A DNA stretch of 64,000 bases from Hormiphora californensis (GCA_020137815.1 CM035362.1:4464001-4528000); one strand, 5' to 3'; shown: positions 1 to 13,367, counted from the first letter of the stretch. Numbers and translations: made by a program. Notes: generated by a model from the sequence alone, not told the origin.

Positions 1-33
1 TAATAAATTAATTAAATTATTAAAAGTACCCAC

Positions 34-2360
34 CTTATATCTGGCACCATACTGTACTTCTTCATTGAGATAAGAAAGTAGCTGAGAGCAGTGATAAATT
101 TAACTTTGGATAACAGCTGTCGAACTTTTGGCTTTTTAGTTAGCCACTCCCTGTGTGTGATTAGGAGGTAATTAGAAGGTAATTAGTAGGTAATTAGGAG
201 TCAATTGTGATGTTATTATGAGGTAATCATGATGTCATTAAAATTGGGAAGTACAGTAGGACCCCGATTTACCGGAACCCCGATTTACCGGGAGGATAAA
301 CTTCCCCCGATATAGGAAATTAACGGTATTTGACCCCGATATACCGGGCACCCCGATTTACCGGGCAAAACCCTTTCCCCCGAGCATCCCGGTAAATCGG
401 GGTCCGACTGTACTTCCCAATTTTAATGACATCATGATTACCTCATAATAAGAAGTGGGATACTGAATCATTTTACCTGACAGAGGCCCTTTGAGATTGC
501 AGCCAGCAGGTTAAAGGTTGATGTGTATCACCCGCTAGCTTATCAAGCCCTTCCCTGTAAAATATTAATTAACTTGTTAATAGTAATTAGTAATTATACT
601 GTTAATTGTGCTTGTTAGTGCTCTAGGTACAGAAGATTTCTGGAGTACAAACGAAACAAAAATACTTGTTTCGTTTGTAGTTAATTATGCAATTAATTAA
701 TAATTATGTAATAATAACAATAATTAATATTCAATTAACTAACCGTGTGAATGATGTTATATCATGTTGAATTGAGAAGGCAATCAAGTTCTTGTGCTGC
801 TGAGCCTCCTTTACACTACACAACATTAGCAATCCAATACTATCCAATATCTGGGAGGATACATAAATTAGGTCATAAAAAGGCCATATTTGAGAGGATA
901 CAAAAAATGATAAAAACAGAATCAGAGCTGTTAACCTCATTCTATATAGACTTTAGAGAGGGTCTAGCAACTAGCAACTTACCAGGAACCGACCGAATCA
1001 AGAAATACTAGTCCCTGATTGGCTGATAACCAGTCACGTGACCTAAATAACGAGTTCTGATTGGTTGTTTACTTGTTTCGGTCGGTTCCTACAACTTACC
1101 TCCTTGCTGATCCTCTTGCACTCTTCTACGTCATCACCCTCTTCTCCCTCTCCATAGAAGCCACCCCAGTGAGGGTCATTGTGAAAATCGTACATTCCAT
1201 AATCCTGGGACCAGAAAGTAGGACTAAATTAGGAGGGAAAAAAGGAAATCCATAATCATTGGGTCAGGATTGATTTGCAACGAAGGGATTTATTCCGAAC
1301 TGTGGATCATGATCATTGGCTGGTAAGTGACGGTGTGTGGGACAAATAAAAGTGTGACTTCAAAGTAAATAAGGTTCTGCCAAATACCTTGAATATGGCT
1401 TGTTTGTCAACCCGAGTCTCTGGCTGGCCATCTTTATTTACATTCATGAGATCAGTCCACCGTTCTGTAAACTTTTGCCGCCGCTCCCTTCCAATATGGG
1501 CACCGTGCCAAAGACCCTGAAAAATATGTACTAATTAAGTAACTAATTACTAACTAGGTAATTAATTACTAATTGGTTAATTTTTTTTAATTCGAGTTCT
1601 GCCGTGTTCTACGCCGTGCGTAAAGAAAATAGGTAACAATCAGATAATGGCATCTTATGCAGTAAAGCCCAATTACATCTAGCAGCTAAAAAAGTGTTTT
1701 TCGCAACCCACCTTCATAAAATAATCCAGCTCCAGCATGGTCTGAGCAACGTGAGTGTCAATGTACGCTGGAGGGATGTCCACAAAGGTTCCCCGATCAA
1801 ACTTGGGCCGAAGGGAAACACTTGGTAGTTGTTCAAACACATTGATACCCACGGTAAGCTCTCGAATTATTTGTTGTATTTCTCTGAGATCGAAACTTTC
1901 GTCCTTTTTCCGGTTCTGTTTGGAAGAAAGATTAAACTTTTGGAAGAGAGAGAGAAAGCGAGTTTCTTGATATATTTGAAAAATCAAATTGTGTTCCAGC
2001 TTTATTGTCACGTACAAGAAGTGGGTCCTTTTCCACTAGAATCACATAATTTGTTAGATTTTCCAGTGTCGGGTTCGCTATGTTGGTTAAAAGTCCATTG
2101 CTCAATTCTGATGCCTGAAAGAGAGGGTTAGATATCAACTAGTGATTACTAAAAATAGTTCAAATTTATTGGTTTCAGGAGCCAATAATTAGCTCGCAAT
2201 AAAAGTTAATATTTTCACCTTTTCATCGACAATATTCTGGGCAAATAGCCAATCATGTGGTTTCGTTGAAAGCAGCTCCTGGAGCTCATCCTTCTCGAAC
2301 TTGTCAAAGAAAACGGTCGCTAGGGAGGGCGTACTCAGACTCTCCGGGGATTCCATTCAT
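34..2360 (-). CDS. ANKAR: Ankyrin and armadillo repeat-containing protein, 5' part (multi-exon, continues beyond window start)
   Basis: Spliced exons (~2360-2219, 2114-2016, 1915-1712, 1517-1389, 1204-1100, ~855-744, ~555-477, ~150-34) give MNG..SDRFFDKFEKDELQELLSTKPHDWLFAQ..FDLREIQQIIRELTVGINVFEQLPSVSL..IPPAYIDTHVAQTMLELDYFMK|GLWHGAHIGRERRQKFTERW..NKDGQPET. This is collinear with the ANKAR N-terminus as I recall it (FFEKYDRSEIQELL..DYREVHQMIRELAIGI..PPAYYDTRIGQIL..ALWHG). GT-AG junctions are in phase. Confidence 0.88.
254..410. mobile_element. Tc1/mariner-type MITE (CAG..CTG TIRs, TA TSD), family A
   Basis: TA|CAGTAGGACCCCGATTTACCGG...CCGGTAAATCGGGGTCCGACTG|TA; related copies at 19516, 24579, 27038, 37978, 41772, 63101. 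Confidence 0.85.
983..1091. mobile_element. hAT-like MITE family B (109 bp, 8-bp TSD CAACTTAC)
   Basis: TIR CAGGAACCGACCGAA..TTCGGTCGGTTCCTA flanked by CAACTTAC at 975-982 and 1092-1099. Confidence 0.88.
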
Positions 2361-2818
2361 GAGACCGGGCTAACGATGGTTAATGGTATTTATAACGAAA
2401 TAATACAGCTGTATTTAGGTATCAAGCAGACTGCATAAGTTGGCAGAATCACAGTCCGGGGGACTCTTGTCTTTTTAATTTTTTTTGTCCGGGGGACTTT
2501 TTAGAAACTTAAGGAAATTTTTTTAAACTTAAAAAAAGTTTGGAAGTGAAATTCTCAGCTGAGAAGTTACGCCGCGCGCATCACAAGGCAGTGTGGGAGA
2601 TGCGCGCCAGTAATTTGCAGCGCAATGTCAAATTCCAAGCGGCATACCACCGGAAGTGAAAGATCTCAAAAGCAAAAGAAAGATCGAAGATCATTCAGTC
2701 ACCAGTGGTCTGTTCATCTGATATAACCGAACGATGGTGATGATTAGGAAATCAAAACTCCAATTTATTTTCTTGCCCAGATTCACTTTGAGGGAATCGG
2801 AGTCGAACAAGTCCAACG

Positions 2819-3028
2819 TTGTCTGGCGCCGCGACCCATCTGAGCGCACTGTCGCCAATTTGATTGACATGTTCCTTGTCTGTCAGCTCTCACACCGGGC
2901 CGAAGGCCCGGTGTGAGCTTACGCGAGCCCGAAGGGCGAGCGTAAGCGAGGCGCTTAAGTGCCGATAGACAGACTGCGTAGCATGGCAACAATTTGAGAA
3001 TCAAATGGGGTATGGCGCCGCCATACAG
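2819..3028. mobile_element. Non-autonomous element family C (YTGT..ACAG ends, 8-bp TSD GTCCAACG) with internal multi-hairpin
   Basis: TSD at 2811-2818 and 3029-3036; same ends as copies at 51715 and 56151. Confidence 0.8.
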
Positions 3029-3334
3029 GTCCAACGGGAAACAACTTATAATTAAACAAGTTAATTTTTGTCATAAATGAAATAAATTACCGCTTCATAT
3101 CCGTGTGTGTAAAAACTCAGATAGTTACATAGCCCCTTGCAGGTCAACAACAAAAGTTATCAGTCCCTCTAAAAAACATATTCCTAATGTTCTCTCATTC
3201 CCTCCCGCTCTAGTAGACTATTTAGGACACTAAGGGGTCAACAACCAAAAACAACAACTCCCGATTTATCATCTTGATGTCTGCTGTGTCCGGGGGGTTA
3301 TCAAAAGAGGGGGAGAGAACGTCTTTAGTCTTTA

Positions 3335-6300
3335 TCACTGGTACTTTTTATGGTGCTTGATTCGGAACAGGTACTCGTTAACAGTCAGAACTGATCGGCA
3401 TGATGCAATCTGAAGAGAGAGTTAGATTTATTGAAAATGTTCACCCCTTTGTTGAGTGGAATACATCTATATCAACACGTCCCCCGGGATTTCGGTTAGT
3501 TTAGTTAATTAATAAACTAGTTACTAAATTAGTTACTAAATCCTATAACCCACATGAAGGTTGATTGCGTTGTAGACTTTTCTAACCAGATCAGTTTCCC
3601 TTGCCAGCGCAGAGAAATACACCTCAACCAACACGTCACACCACTGGACCACCTGATGGAATAAGTTTGGTGAACAACCCGGGACTGGGAGGGGGACAGG
3701 AACCGACCGAATCAGGAAATACTGGTCCCTGATTGCCTGATAACCAATCACGTGACCTAAATAACGGGTTCTGATTCGGTCGGTTCCGGGACTGGGAGTT
3801 AATGATATTGGGTAACAACCTGAGGGGGGGGGGGACGGTGCTGGGCACGGTGACCTACCAGCCCTGTGACCTAATCCTGTAAAACCTAGTTAGGGGACCA
3901 GAGGGTGAATCCTGGGCACAGGGTAGGTAACAAGATACATTCTGCACAAGGGGTATTATAACGGGATAGCACAAAAAGGAATGAGGTGGGTCATGCAAGT
4001 CAGTATTGTCAAATGTTCCCCTCTTACCTGAGAGAGGGTGAGTTTCCAACTTTTTACCGGAGCATTCTTTATAAACTTCTCCCCAATAACAATCATGAGA
4101 TCCTTCCCCAAACTTGGAGGGACAATCTTTAGACTCCGCTTCATGGTTGAAGGGTCAAAGGGAAGCGAGAGAAGTAGGGAGAGGATGGAGTCTAGTGTCT
4201 CCTTCTCTGTTCCGTCACAGGATGAGGAGCTGTAGAGTGGGTCACTGAGTAGGACAGAGAGGGGTGTTAGTAAATAGCTGATCCCTTTGTCTGTTGTTCT
4301 GTTTGTTTGTGTCAGTCTGTTTGTCTGTCAGTCTGTTTGTCTGTTTGCGTTAGTTTGTCTGTTCAGTTTACCTAATAATTGTGTACACTAGATCGACCAG
4401 GTGTTTCTCGTTGCAGGATCGAGAACAAGATATCAGTAGTTTGAAGGAAACTAAATCTCGACAAGCAACCAGGATTGATCCGACGGAGGCTATATTACTG
4501 AGAGAATATAAAGGTGTATTAATTCGTTAATCAGAATTAATTAGAGTTAATTGATAATTGATTAGAGTAAGTTAATTGATTTTGATGTTTAAACGCACCT
4601 GGAAGAGAGTTGCCGTGTTTTAATGAGTTTGTCCAGGATTTCCATACACCAGATACTCTCGCGATTATCCACCATTAATCGGACCACTTCGTTGATGAAA
4701 AACTTGGAAAACCGAGCTAAATGGGAAATTTTGAACTTGAAAATTGAAGAAGAAATTCTGGAAAAAAAAACTTGTTATGTTCTCATTCTCCTTATATTAA
4801 CATTTTATTTGTGGGGAAAAAGACAAAGTTATCTGCCTTCTTACAACTTTAAAAGTGGTTCCTTACCTTTCACTGTATCTTCATTCCGTTTCCTCTTCAC
4901 TCCTGTGATGTGAGATGACTTTGTTTTGGGACAAATTTGATGTTTCATGCTCCGTTTGACTAGCTTCGTGGACACCACACTTTTGACAGGCATGGCTGGT
5001 GCAGATGACGGGGCTGGGGTTGGACCTGCAGACGGAATTAAACTTGGGTCATCTGGGATAGAAAGTTGAAAGGCGAATTAGGATTATAATTACTCCCCCG
5101 ACAACTATTTCCGAACGAGAGATTATTTCAAGATGAAGTTTTACTTACATTGATGGACAAGGGCGGCCTCGTGAAAATCATTAAAATGCTGAACAAAGCG
5201 CCTCTTGCTCTTCAGGACTTTTGGAGATTGAAGTTTCTCAAGCGCTCCCCTCTCCAGCTCTGTGTAGGAGACACACCTATTCTTGTTCTTTTTCATTTCT
5301 TTTCTTTTGTGACTCCATGATAGCTTGCTGCTTCTCTCGGGAACTGCCTGTAAACTGTAAACAGAGGATTTTAGTTGTAGTTGAGTAATGTTAGTTAGGG
5401 ACAGACATGTTCACACAAATCGAGGGCTTGGTAAGGGGGAGGTAATGCTCACTGCCCACATGTTACTTTCTAAAGAGATTACAACTAAGGGATGGGGAGT
5501 GAAAATATATTACCTTCTGCATCCTACAAAGTTTGCAAGAGGAATTGAATTGTCGGGGTCATCTGGGTCAGATGGAATTACAGGTTCTTCCAGTGACTTT
5601 TCCTTTCGTACAAATTCTACTTTTAGTTGGTCCTGAAACAAATTGATATGGATGGACGATATTTTCGATTTGACAAACATGAGACAGTCGATAATTTCTT
5701 GATCTCTTGCCAGCACTGGTCTGCGCGCACACTAGGTTGTGTGTGCTCGCGCGCGAGTGTTGTTCTCTCACAGCGAGAAGGGGACAGCGCGTTACAAATT
5801 TAAAGTTAGGGTTGTGTGACTTGGACTGGGACAGGACGTGTGTACGTGACGAAATAGTCAAGCAGTCTTAGGAGAATTTCATCGGGTTCTCAAGTCACAT
5901 TACCCAACTAAGCTCAAATTTTGAAAACCAAATTCCCACATTTTGAAGATAATATCTATTGAGCATTGTGTACTGTGTAGCAACAGAGAGTGTCACTTCA
6001 GCACTGTCACTTTTTCGCTATGGACGTCATAGGAACCTGAGATATGTCGCATCACCCCTCACCTTGGCTATAATGGTACAAGTACATGCGGGCTTTGGTG
6101 TCACACTGACATAGCAATATATAATTATTATTATTATTATCTAACTAACCGATTGTGGAGGTGTAACAGCAATATAGAAACTAACCGATTGTGGAGGTGT
6201 AACAGCAATATAGAAACTAACCGATTGGGGAGGTGTAACAGGTAACATAAACTCCTCTTCAGGAAGGGTTGAATCAACAAGTCCAACTACCTCCACATCC

Positions 6301-6839
6301 CCCTTACTGGGCTGATCGGCCGCTGTAAATTGTGTGTTTAGTTTAGGAGTGAAATAATAATTTAATAAAATGTTGTAGTTTTTGTTTGTAAGCATTTCTG
6401 ATTTATTTGGTGCAAGGTATACTACCAAGTAGATAATCGACTATTAATTTGCCTAGCTAGACTCTGTTTCGGAGGGTTGGAACAAAACAACTATCAATTA
6501 CCTGTCTTCTTTCTCTTCTTCTTAGGGCCACTTGGAATGTTATTTGTTTCGTTCTCTTTCAGTGATGAATTCAGTGGATCAAGGCCCTTAGCTCGGCGAC
6601 TTTTCTGAGGAAAGCGGGGATGATTAGTTTTCTAGAAACCAGGGATTCTGTACAATATAAACATGTGCAGAACTATAAATACGTTTCTCAAATTCTCTCC
6701 AAATCTAAAGTAAACAACCAATCCGAACTCGTTATTTAGGTCACGTGACCGGTTATCAGCCAATTAGGGACCAGTATTTCCGGATTCGGTCGGTTCCTGT
6801 ACTTACCCTAACTGGAGTTGGTGGCACAATATCGATCAT
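3335..6839 (-). CDS. NOL11/Utp8-like nucleolar protein (low-complexity basic N-terminus, NOL11-like C-terminal domain), multi-exon
   Basis: In-phase exons start MIDIVPPTPVR|KSRRAKG..PKKKRKKT|..LPVTPPQS|. The C-terminus LDSILSLLSLPFDPSTMKRSLKIVPP..KLTLSQ|VVQWCDVLVEVYFSALARETDLVRKVYNAINLH|IASCRSVL..YQ* resembles NOL11 (PTLNQIMDWICLLLDANF..LLINLYKLV) by recall only. Confidence 0.6.
3697..3789. mobile_element. MITE family B copy (internally deleted)
   Basis: CAGGAACCGACCGAATCAGGAAATACTGGTCC...TTCGGTCGGTTCCGG; GACTGGGA present on both sides. Confidence 0.8.
6141..6240 (-). repeat. 36-bp tandem repeat (~3x) spanning a 5' splice site
   Basis: Unit (minus) TGTTACACCTCCACAATCG|GTTAGTTTCTATATTGC; donors after 6222, 6186, 6150. 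Confidence 0.85.
6708..6799. mobile_element. MITE family B copy (one end truncated), directly behind a splice donor
   Basis: Reverse-oriented family B sequence ending TTCGGTCGGTTCCTG next to TACTTAC (minus strand GTAAGTA donor). Confidence 0.8.
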
Positions 6840-7139
6840 TTCGTGAGTGTTAAATCATGACCTTATGCTACCGGGGGAAGGATATTGTTAGTTTGGAAAC
6901 ATTGTATGCCTTACACAAAATCTGACTCTGTGATGAGAATTGAGAGGAAAGATACAAAAATAAATGAAAAGGAAAAACAATTTGTTCTAAGTAAAATGAA
7001 TACATACATAGTAATGACATAAGTAAAATGTGCACACTGATCCGAGGGGAGATCGGGCTGACAAACGATGAGGTCAACAGATGAGTGGTTCTTGAGGAAT
7101 TGTATAGTTTGTGACAGGTAACAGGGTTTTTTTTCTAAA

Positions 7140-8640
7140 ACAAGTTAACCTCAAATATATATGTTCGCAAAAGGCAAGCTTCCCCTCGTCCGACCCGAAG
7201 TTGGAATCATATGGGCTTAGTTTGTCGAACCGGCAAGTTGCTAACATGTTTCAAATCTTCACTACTTCTCAAATGATCCCATACTTTCAGTCTAATCCCA
7301 AAATCCTAGTAAAAATAGAGACAAAAATAACGGCACCAAACTGTGAAATGCCCTTGCATTAGTGCGAGTAGAATAAAATCAATTTTCTATCTAAAGGCCG
7401 AGTTTATAGCAAGAAAGGACTATTTTACAACGAATTCTCTGGTTAGTATGGTAACCAACTCCGTTGTCATGGTAAATCAATCGAACTCTATCGAGTTCTA
7501 TCGCCAGCAACTGGATGAAAATTTATCCATTTCATTATGCACAATTCACAGGCTTTGGTTACGAAGTTACCCCTTGCCAGCGTGTGCACGCGAATTGGGG
7601 GCAAATTGTGCAGGGGCCACCCCAAAATTAATCTCTAAGTAATTAATTAATTAATTTTGACTATTCCCACTTTCTGTAGATTATATTATATGTTTTATGC
7701 ATGAAGAACATTCCTAGAAAGTTTCAAGTCGATATTTTAAGCAGAACGGAAAATATAATTTAGTGCATGGGCAAACAAAATGGTGCAAGGGCACATGTTC
7801 AGGGGAAATTTGCACAAATTGTGCAGGGGCAAATTTTAATTAATTTGCCTATAATTAATTACCTAATTGATATATTAATCATACGGCTCTTCTAGTACTC
7901 GTAGTTATGCTACTAGAACATGCATAGAAAGTTTCGTGTCAAAATATTAAACGGTGTGGACACAGTTCGATCATAAAATTGGTGCAAGGGCTGCCCTTGC
8001 ACCATTTGCCCTTGCACATTGCCTGCCCCTGCACCAAATTCCATTTTTTGCACGGCTCTAACTAACTAATTAATTAATTTTGACTATTCCCACTTTTCGA
8101 ACATCATCTTTTATGATTGAAGAACATTCCTACAAAGTTTCAAGTCGATATTTTAAGCAGAACGGAAAATAGAATTTGGTGCAAGGGCGCGGTGCAAGGG
8201 ACAGAACACGCAATGTGCAGGGGCACGGTGCCCTTGCACCGTTTTTAATTACCTATAATTAATTAATTAATTAAAAATTCAAAAATCCGCCAACGTCATG
8301 ACACAAAGGAATACTACAAGAACATGCCTACAAAATTTCAAGTCGATATCTCAAACGGTGTGGCCACAATCGTTGACATGTTTTTTGCCCCCCCCCCCAA
8401 AAAAGACCTTTCTTTGTTCTTAATAGGGCCGGCATTTTTGGGTTTTTGTGCAGGGGCAAAAAAATTTTTTTCTTTTTTTGCTGTTTTCTTCGGGTCGGAG
8501 GTGCCTGCCGGCACCTAAATGTAAACAGTAAAATCCCATGATAATATGTATAACTTGGTATCAAATTTGACCCCTCAAGTATGAAGTATTGCGGTTCATG
8601 AATTAATAAGGTTTACGCTAGAATTTAGCCCCCGTTTAGC
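7140..8640. mobile_element. Non-autonomous DNA element with internal ~400-bp duplication and TGCAAGGGC/TGCAGGGGC subrepeats (Helentron/HINE-like, tentative)
   Basis: Duplicated blocks 7640-7790 / 8060-8190 (TAATTTTGACTATTCCCACTTT..AAAGTTTCAAGTCGATATTTTAAGCAGAACGG) and many direct/inverted GTGCAAGGGC motifs; no credible ORF. Confidence 0.45.
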
Positions 8641-8843
8641 TAATCCCAATTTTAATCTAAAAGGTACACACAAAACAGCTGGCGAGCATCTCATTTGGCT
8701 CTTCGAGGCGGACCATATTATTCAAAAGTTTTTATTTAGAAACTAATAATGTTCTTTCCCGTTACGATAGTCTAAGTGAATAATCCTCTGATGGCGCTTG
8801 AGAGAAAACGATCACTGCTCACATTTATAGGGCTGTTCTCTGA

Positions 8844-10750
8844 TCACCGGAGTCTGGTGTGGGACCTAATGTGACTTTGAAGGTGACTAGAAGTTTTACA
8901 GCCTTTTCCACAATCCTTACATTTGTAGGGCCGCTCTCCAGTATGGGTCATCATATGATATTTAAGAGAACTTGTATTAGTAAAGCCTTTTCCACACTCC
9001 TTACATTTGTAGGGCCGCTCTCCAGTATGGATCATCATATGATATTTAAGAGTACTTGTATTATTAAAGCCTTTTCCACACTCCTTACATTTACAGGGCC
9101 GTTCTCCGGTATGGATCCTCATGTGAACATTTAGATTACCCTTTGTGTTAAACCCTCGCCCACATTCCTTACATTTGAAAGGCTGGTCTTCAGTGTGAAT
9201 CCTCATGTGTTTTTTCAGAGCACGAGCTTCATTAAATCCCTCTTTACACTCTTTACATGTGTAGGGCCGAATTCCATTATGAATCGTCATGTGACGATTA
9301 AGGTCACTAGACTGGTGGAATGCCGTTTTACACTCCTTACATTTGTAGGGCCGCTCCCCAGTATGGTATCTCATATGAGATTTAAGACCACTTATATTAG
9401 TAAAGCCTTTCCCACAATCCTTACATTTATAGGGCTGTTCTCTAGTATGGGTCATCATATGATATTTAAGTTTAGTTGAAGTAGTTAACCCTTTATCACA
9501 TTCCTTACATTTATAGTGCCGTTCTCTAGTATGGGTCATCATATGACTTTGAAGGTGACTAGAAGATTTAAAGCCTTTATCACATTCCTTACATTTGTAG
9601 GGCCACTCTCCAGTATGGGTCATCATATGATATTTAAGAGTACTTGGATAAATAAAGCCTTTTCCACACTCCTTACATTTACAGGGCCGTTCTCCGGTAT
9701 GGATCCTCATGTGAACTGTTAGATTACCCGATTTATTGAACACTTTCCCACATTCCTTACATTTGAACGGCTGGTGTCCAGTATGGATCCTCATATGAAC
9801 TGTTAGATTACCCTTTTCCTTAAACTCTTTTCCACACTCCTTACATTTGAAAGGCTGGTCTCCAGTGTGTGTATTCATGTGTTTTTTCAGATCACGAAAA
9901 TTAAATCCCATTTTACACTCTCTACATTTATAGGGCCAAACTCCAGTATGATGAATCATGTGACGATCAAGTTCACTAGACTGGTGGAATGCCATTTTAC
10001 ACTCCTTACATTTGTAGGGACCTTCTTCGATATGCGTCCTCATATGATCTTTAAACTGACTCGAAGTAGTAAACGCTTTTCCGCAATCCTTACATTTGAA
10101 GGGCCGATCTCCAGTATGGATCCTCATGTGCAATTTAAGGGTACTAGAATGCCTAAAACCTTTTTCACACACATCACACACGTATGGACGTTGAGGAGAG
10201 ACAATAATTTCACTGGGGACAGCCGTTAGTTCAGTTTCACAATCATCTGTACCGTAATCGTCCTTTTCTCCAGAGTCCGTCAAGATTTCTGCTGGTATTT
10301 CACCTGAGAAGGAAAATTAAATGTTAGAAAATCAAATTGCAAACGACTTGGACAACTAGAAAAGATTAAAATATAATCAGTGAGACTGGATAACTCACCA
10401 ATTTGTGGAAGTGATGAAGCAGGTGTGTCAGAATTATCAAGGAAGGAAGAAAACTCAACTGGCTCCGTTTTAACAGGTCCACAATCGAACAACGACTTGA
10501 TATGAACCGATTCAACTGGTTCAGTTTTAATATTCAACAAATCAGGATCCTCTTTACACGAAACTTCCTCTTCACATTTGATAAAGCCACACTTCACATC
10601 TTCATTGTCTGCTTGTTCTGTTTTCACTGGTGGTTGTTCGTTAACAAGGATCTGCTCTGTTTTTAGGAAAGGTCGTGGAGAAAATACGATACCAGTCTGA
10701 TCTCCCCACTGTATGGTATCGGCTGCAGGTGGAGTCCCGGTAGTGCTCAT
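8844..10750 (-). CDS. Tandem C2H2 zinc-finger protein (16 fingers, ~603 aa, 2 exons)
   Basis: Exon 10750-10399 (ATTG|gtgagt) joins in phase to exon 10303-8844 (ttctcag|GTGAAA); 16 CxxC-x11/12-HxxxH fingers with TGE(R)PYKC linkers. Confidence 0.92.
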
Positions 10751-11037
10751 TTGTTACATAAGACACTGCTAAACGGGGAGGGGGGGGGTAAGCAAGATGA
10801 TAATCCGGGTTTATAAGTGAGTTTTGAAATCGGACACAATATTGAGAAGTGTGGAATAAAATCAATAGCTTATCAGAGATAGATATAAAGTCGGATTCCC
10901 GTCGGATTTTTGAAAATGACAGTTGTCACACACATGTGATATCCATCAACTGAGCTTGAGAAGCCATAATCATTTCGGTATCTAGGGACAATACAAAAAA
11001 GACAAAAAGGCACAATAATTTATTTTAAGTAAAATAA

Positions 11038-13209
11038 CTTTCGCTATCAAATTAGCTACGGAAGTAGTTAATCCTCTTCACCTTTCGGCATACGTTGCAT
11101 CTAGACTTGTCCCTCTGAGCAAAAAACCATCTGGAATCCGCCCAATCGGGATTGGTGAAGTCTTACGCCGGCTAGTCGGCAAGGTGATTACCCGCTCACT
11201 GAAACCTAATATTGTTGAATCTACCGCCCCGATACAGCTATGTGCTGGGCTGGAGAGCGGAGTAGAGGCTGCCGTGCATGCAGCGAGAGAACTGTTTGAA
11301 TCCGGGAAATGTGAGTGTGTGCTATTAATTGATGCAAGTAATGCTTTTAATTCCTTAAATCGAAATGCTGCTCTAAATAATATTAAATACATTTGCCCTG
11401 AGTTTGAGCATTATTTAAAAAATACATATGGTTTAACATCTAACTTATTCCTATGCGATGGAACTAATCATGAAATTATTAAATCTGCTGAAGGGACGAC
11501 CCAGGGTGATACTGCGGCCATGTTTATGTACGCCAGCTGCCTTATGCCCCTTGTAATTTCATTGAAGGACATTGAACAGGTTACCCAGATATTTTATGCC
11601 GATGATGGCCTGGGCGGAGGGACTTTGGCTTCTGTAAATCAGTGGTGGGATAAAATCAAACTGAAGGGACCTGAATACGGCTACCTACCCAATCCAGGAA
11701 AATCTTGGTTGATTGTTAAACCTCACCTGGAGGACGAGGCAAAAGCCCTTTTCCCTGATGTTAACATTACCACCGAAGGGCAACGTTACCTGGGATCGTA
11801 TATCGGAACTAAGGAAGGTCAGGACAAGTTTGTTCAGAAAGAGGTAGATAAGTGGGCTGCAGAAATAACATCACTTGCGGAGATTGCAAACAGTGAGCCT
11901 CAGCTTGCTTATACAGCCTACACCATGGGAGTATCTAAACGGTGGTCGTATCTTATGAGAACGACTCCAGGCATTTCTGATCAGTTGGGCCCGATTGAGG
12001 ATTCAATTCTGCAGCAACTCATCCCTTCTATGACTGGACAACCTGTTATCAACGAGAGACTTCGATCAGTTTTCTCTCTTCCAGCGAGATTTGGAGGACT
12101 CGGGATTCAAAACCCTGTCGCTACATCGGATAGCGAGTACTATTTCTCCAAACTCATGACTGAAAATCTGTCCGCAGCTGTGCTGAACCAGGAAGATACG
12201 TTTACTGCAGATGATGTCAAAAACTCAGAGAACAAACTCATTGTGCGTCGAACGAAAAACGAACAACATCAGACGGCAATCGATCAAATAAAATCAAAAT
12301 CGACACCAGAAGAGAAGAGGACCCTCGATCTCCTGGCCGAAAAGGGTGCATCCTCCTGGCTAACTTGTCTCCCACTAGAATCTCTTAACTTCACTCTAAA
12401 CCGACAGGAATGGTTCGACGCTATCTCGGCTAGGTACAATCTCCCCCTTGTTGGCGAACCTCTACCAGATCAGTGTACATGCGGAGAAGCTAACAGTATC
12501 GATCATGCTATCTCCTGCAAGCTTGGAGGATTTGTTAACTTCAGGCACGACAACGTGAGAGACTTTATTGCGAAAGAGCTTAGCACTGTCGGCCTCGATA
12601 CCAAGGTCGAACCTCACCTTCTCAACGTTCGGGGGACGTCCCTTCCAGCTGGGACCATCACAGCAGACGGGGCTCGCCTTGACATCAGAACCCGTGGACT
12701 CTGGTCAAGCTTAGACTGTACCTATTTTGACGTAAGGATTTTTAATCCAAGGGTAAAGTCTAATGCCAACCAGAGTATACAGAAGACCTATGAGAAGCAT
12801 GAAACTGAGAAGAAGAAAGCTTATCTGCAACGAGTTCTCCAGGTTGAGAAGGCGGTGTTCACTCCGCTTGTCATGTCAACATCAGGCGGACTTGGTAGAG
12901 AATTTCAGAACACACTGAAACAGTTGGCCCACCGAAAATCTTCAAAAACTGGATATGAGCGCCAGGACTGTATTCGGTATCTTAGACTGTGCTTATCATT
13001 TGCGATGGTTCGCTCAATAACTGTATCGATTAGGGGATATCGGGGCAGGGGCAAGGCAGCTGCAAGTGACGCTGATGAATATTTATATCGTATGGACTAA
13101 TTCCACAATAATTTATTGATTCCATTTATTTCTACTGTATAATTTATTATATTTTAAGGCCGATATTGGCCGCCCCCCCCCCCAGTAAAATCAAACCATA
13201 ATAAAACAC
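11038..13209 (+). mobile_element. 5'-truncated CRE-clade non-LTR retrotransposon (RT + CCHC + restriction-like endonuclease); ORF open ~11040-13100
   Basis: RPIGIGEVLRRL, DASNAFNS, QGD, YADD RT motifs; CTCG..DHAISC, RHD, ARLDI..DV..HETEKKKAY REL domain; imperfect TSD TATTTT(C)TAAGTAAAAT at ~11021 and ~13210. Confidence 0.9.
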
Positions 13210-13367
13210 TATTTTCTAAGTAAAATTAATAATGGAAACTCCGTTAAAATTAGAGTTGTAATAAGTATAAGGGCTATCATTATCTCCCACTATTAGAGTG
13301 AGGTAGTCACGTGACACGATAATTGGGAGAGAGACCGGTAGACAACGCATTTCCGTGTGTTGCCATA

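Noticed and set aside
8859-10229. Plus-strand ORFs opposite the zinc-finger gene
   Set aside because: Antisense shadows of the repetitive finger codons.
11000-13260. CRE element targeting a spliced-leader RNA gene as in trypanosomes
   Set aside because: Flanks are AT-rich with no recognisable SL or snRNA sequence.
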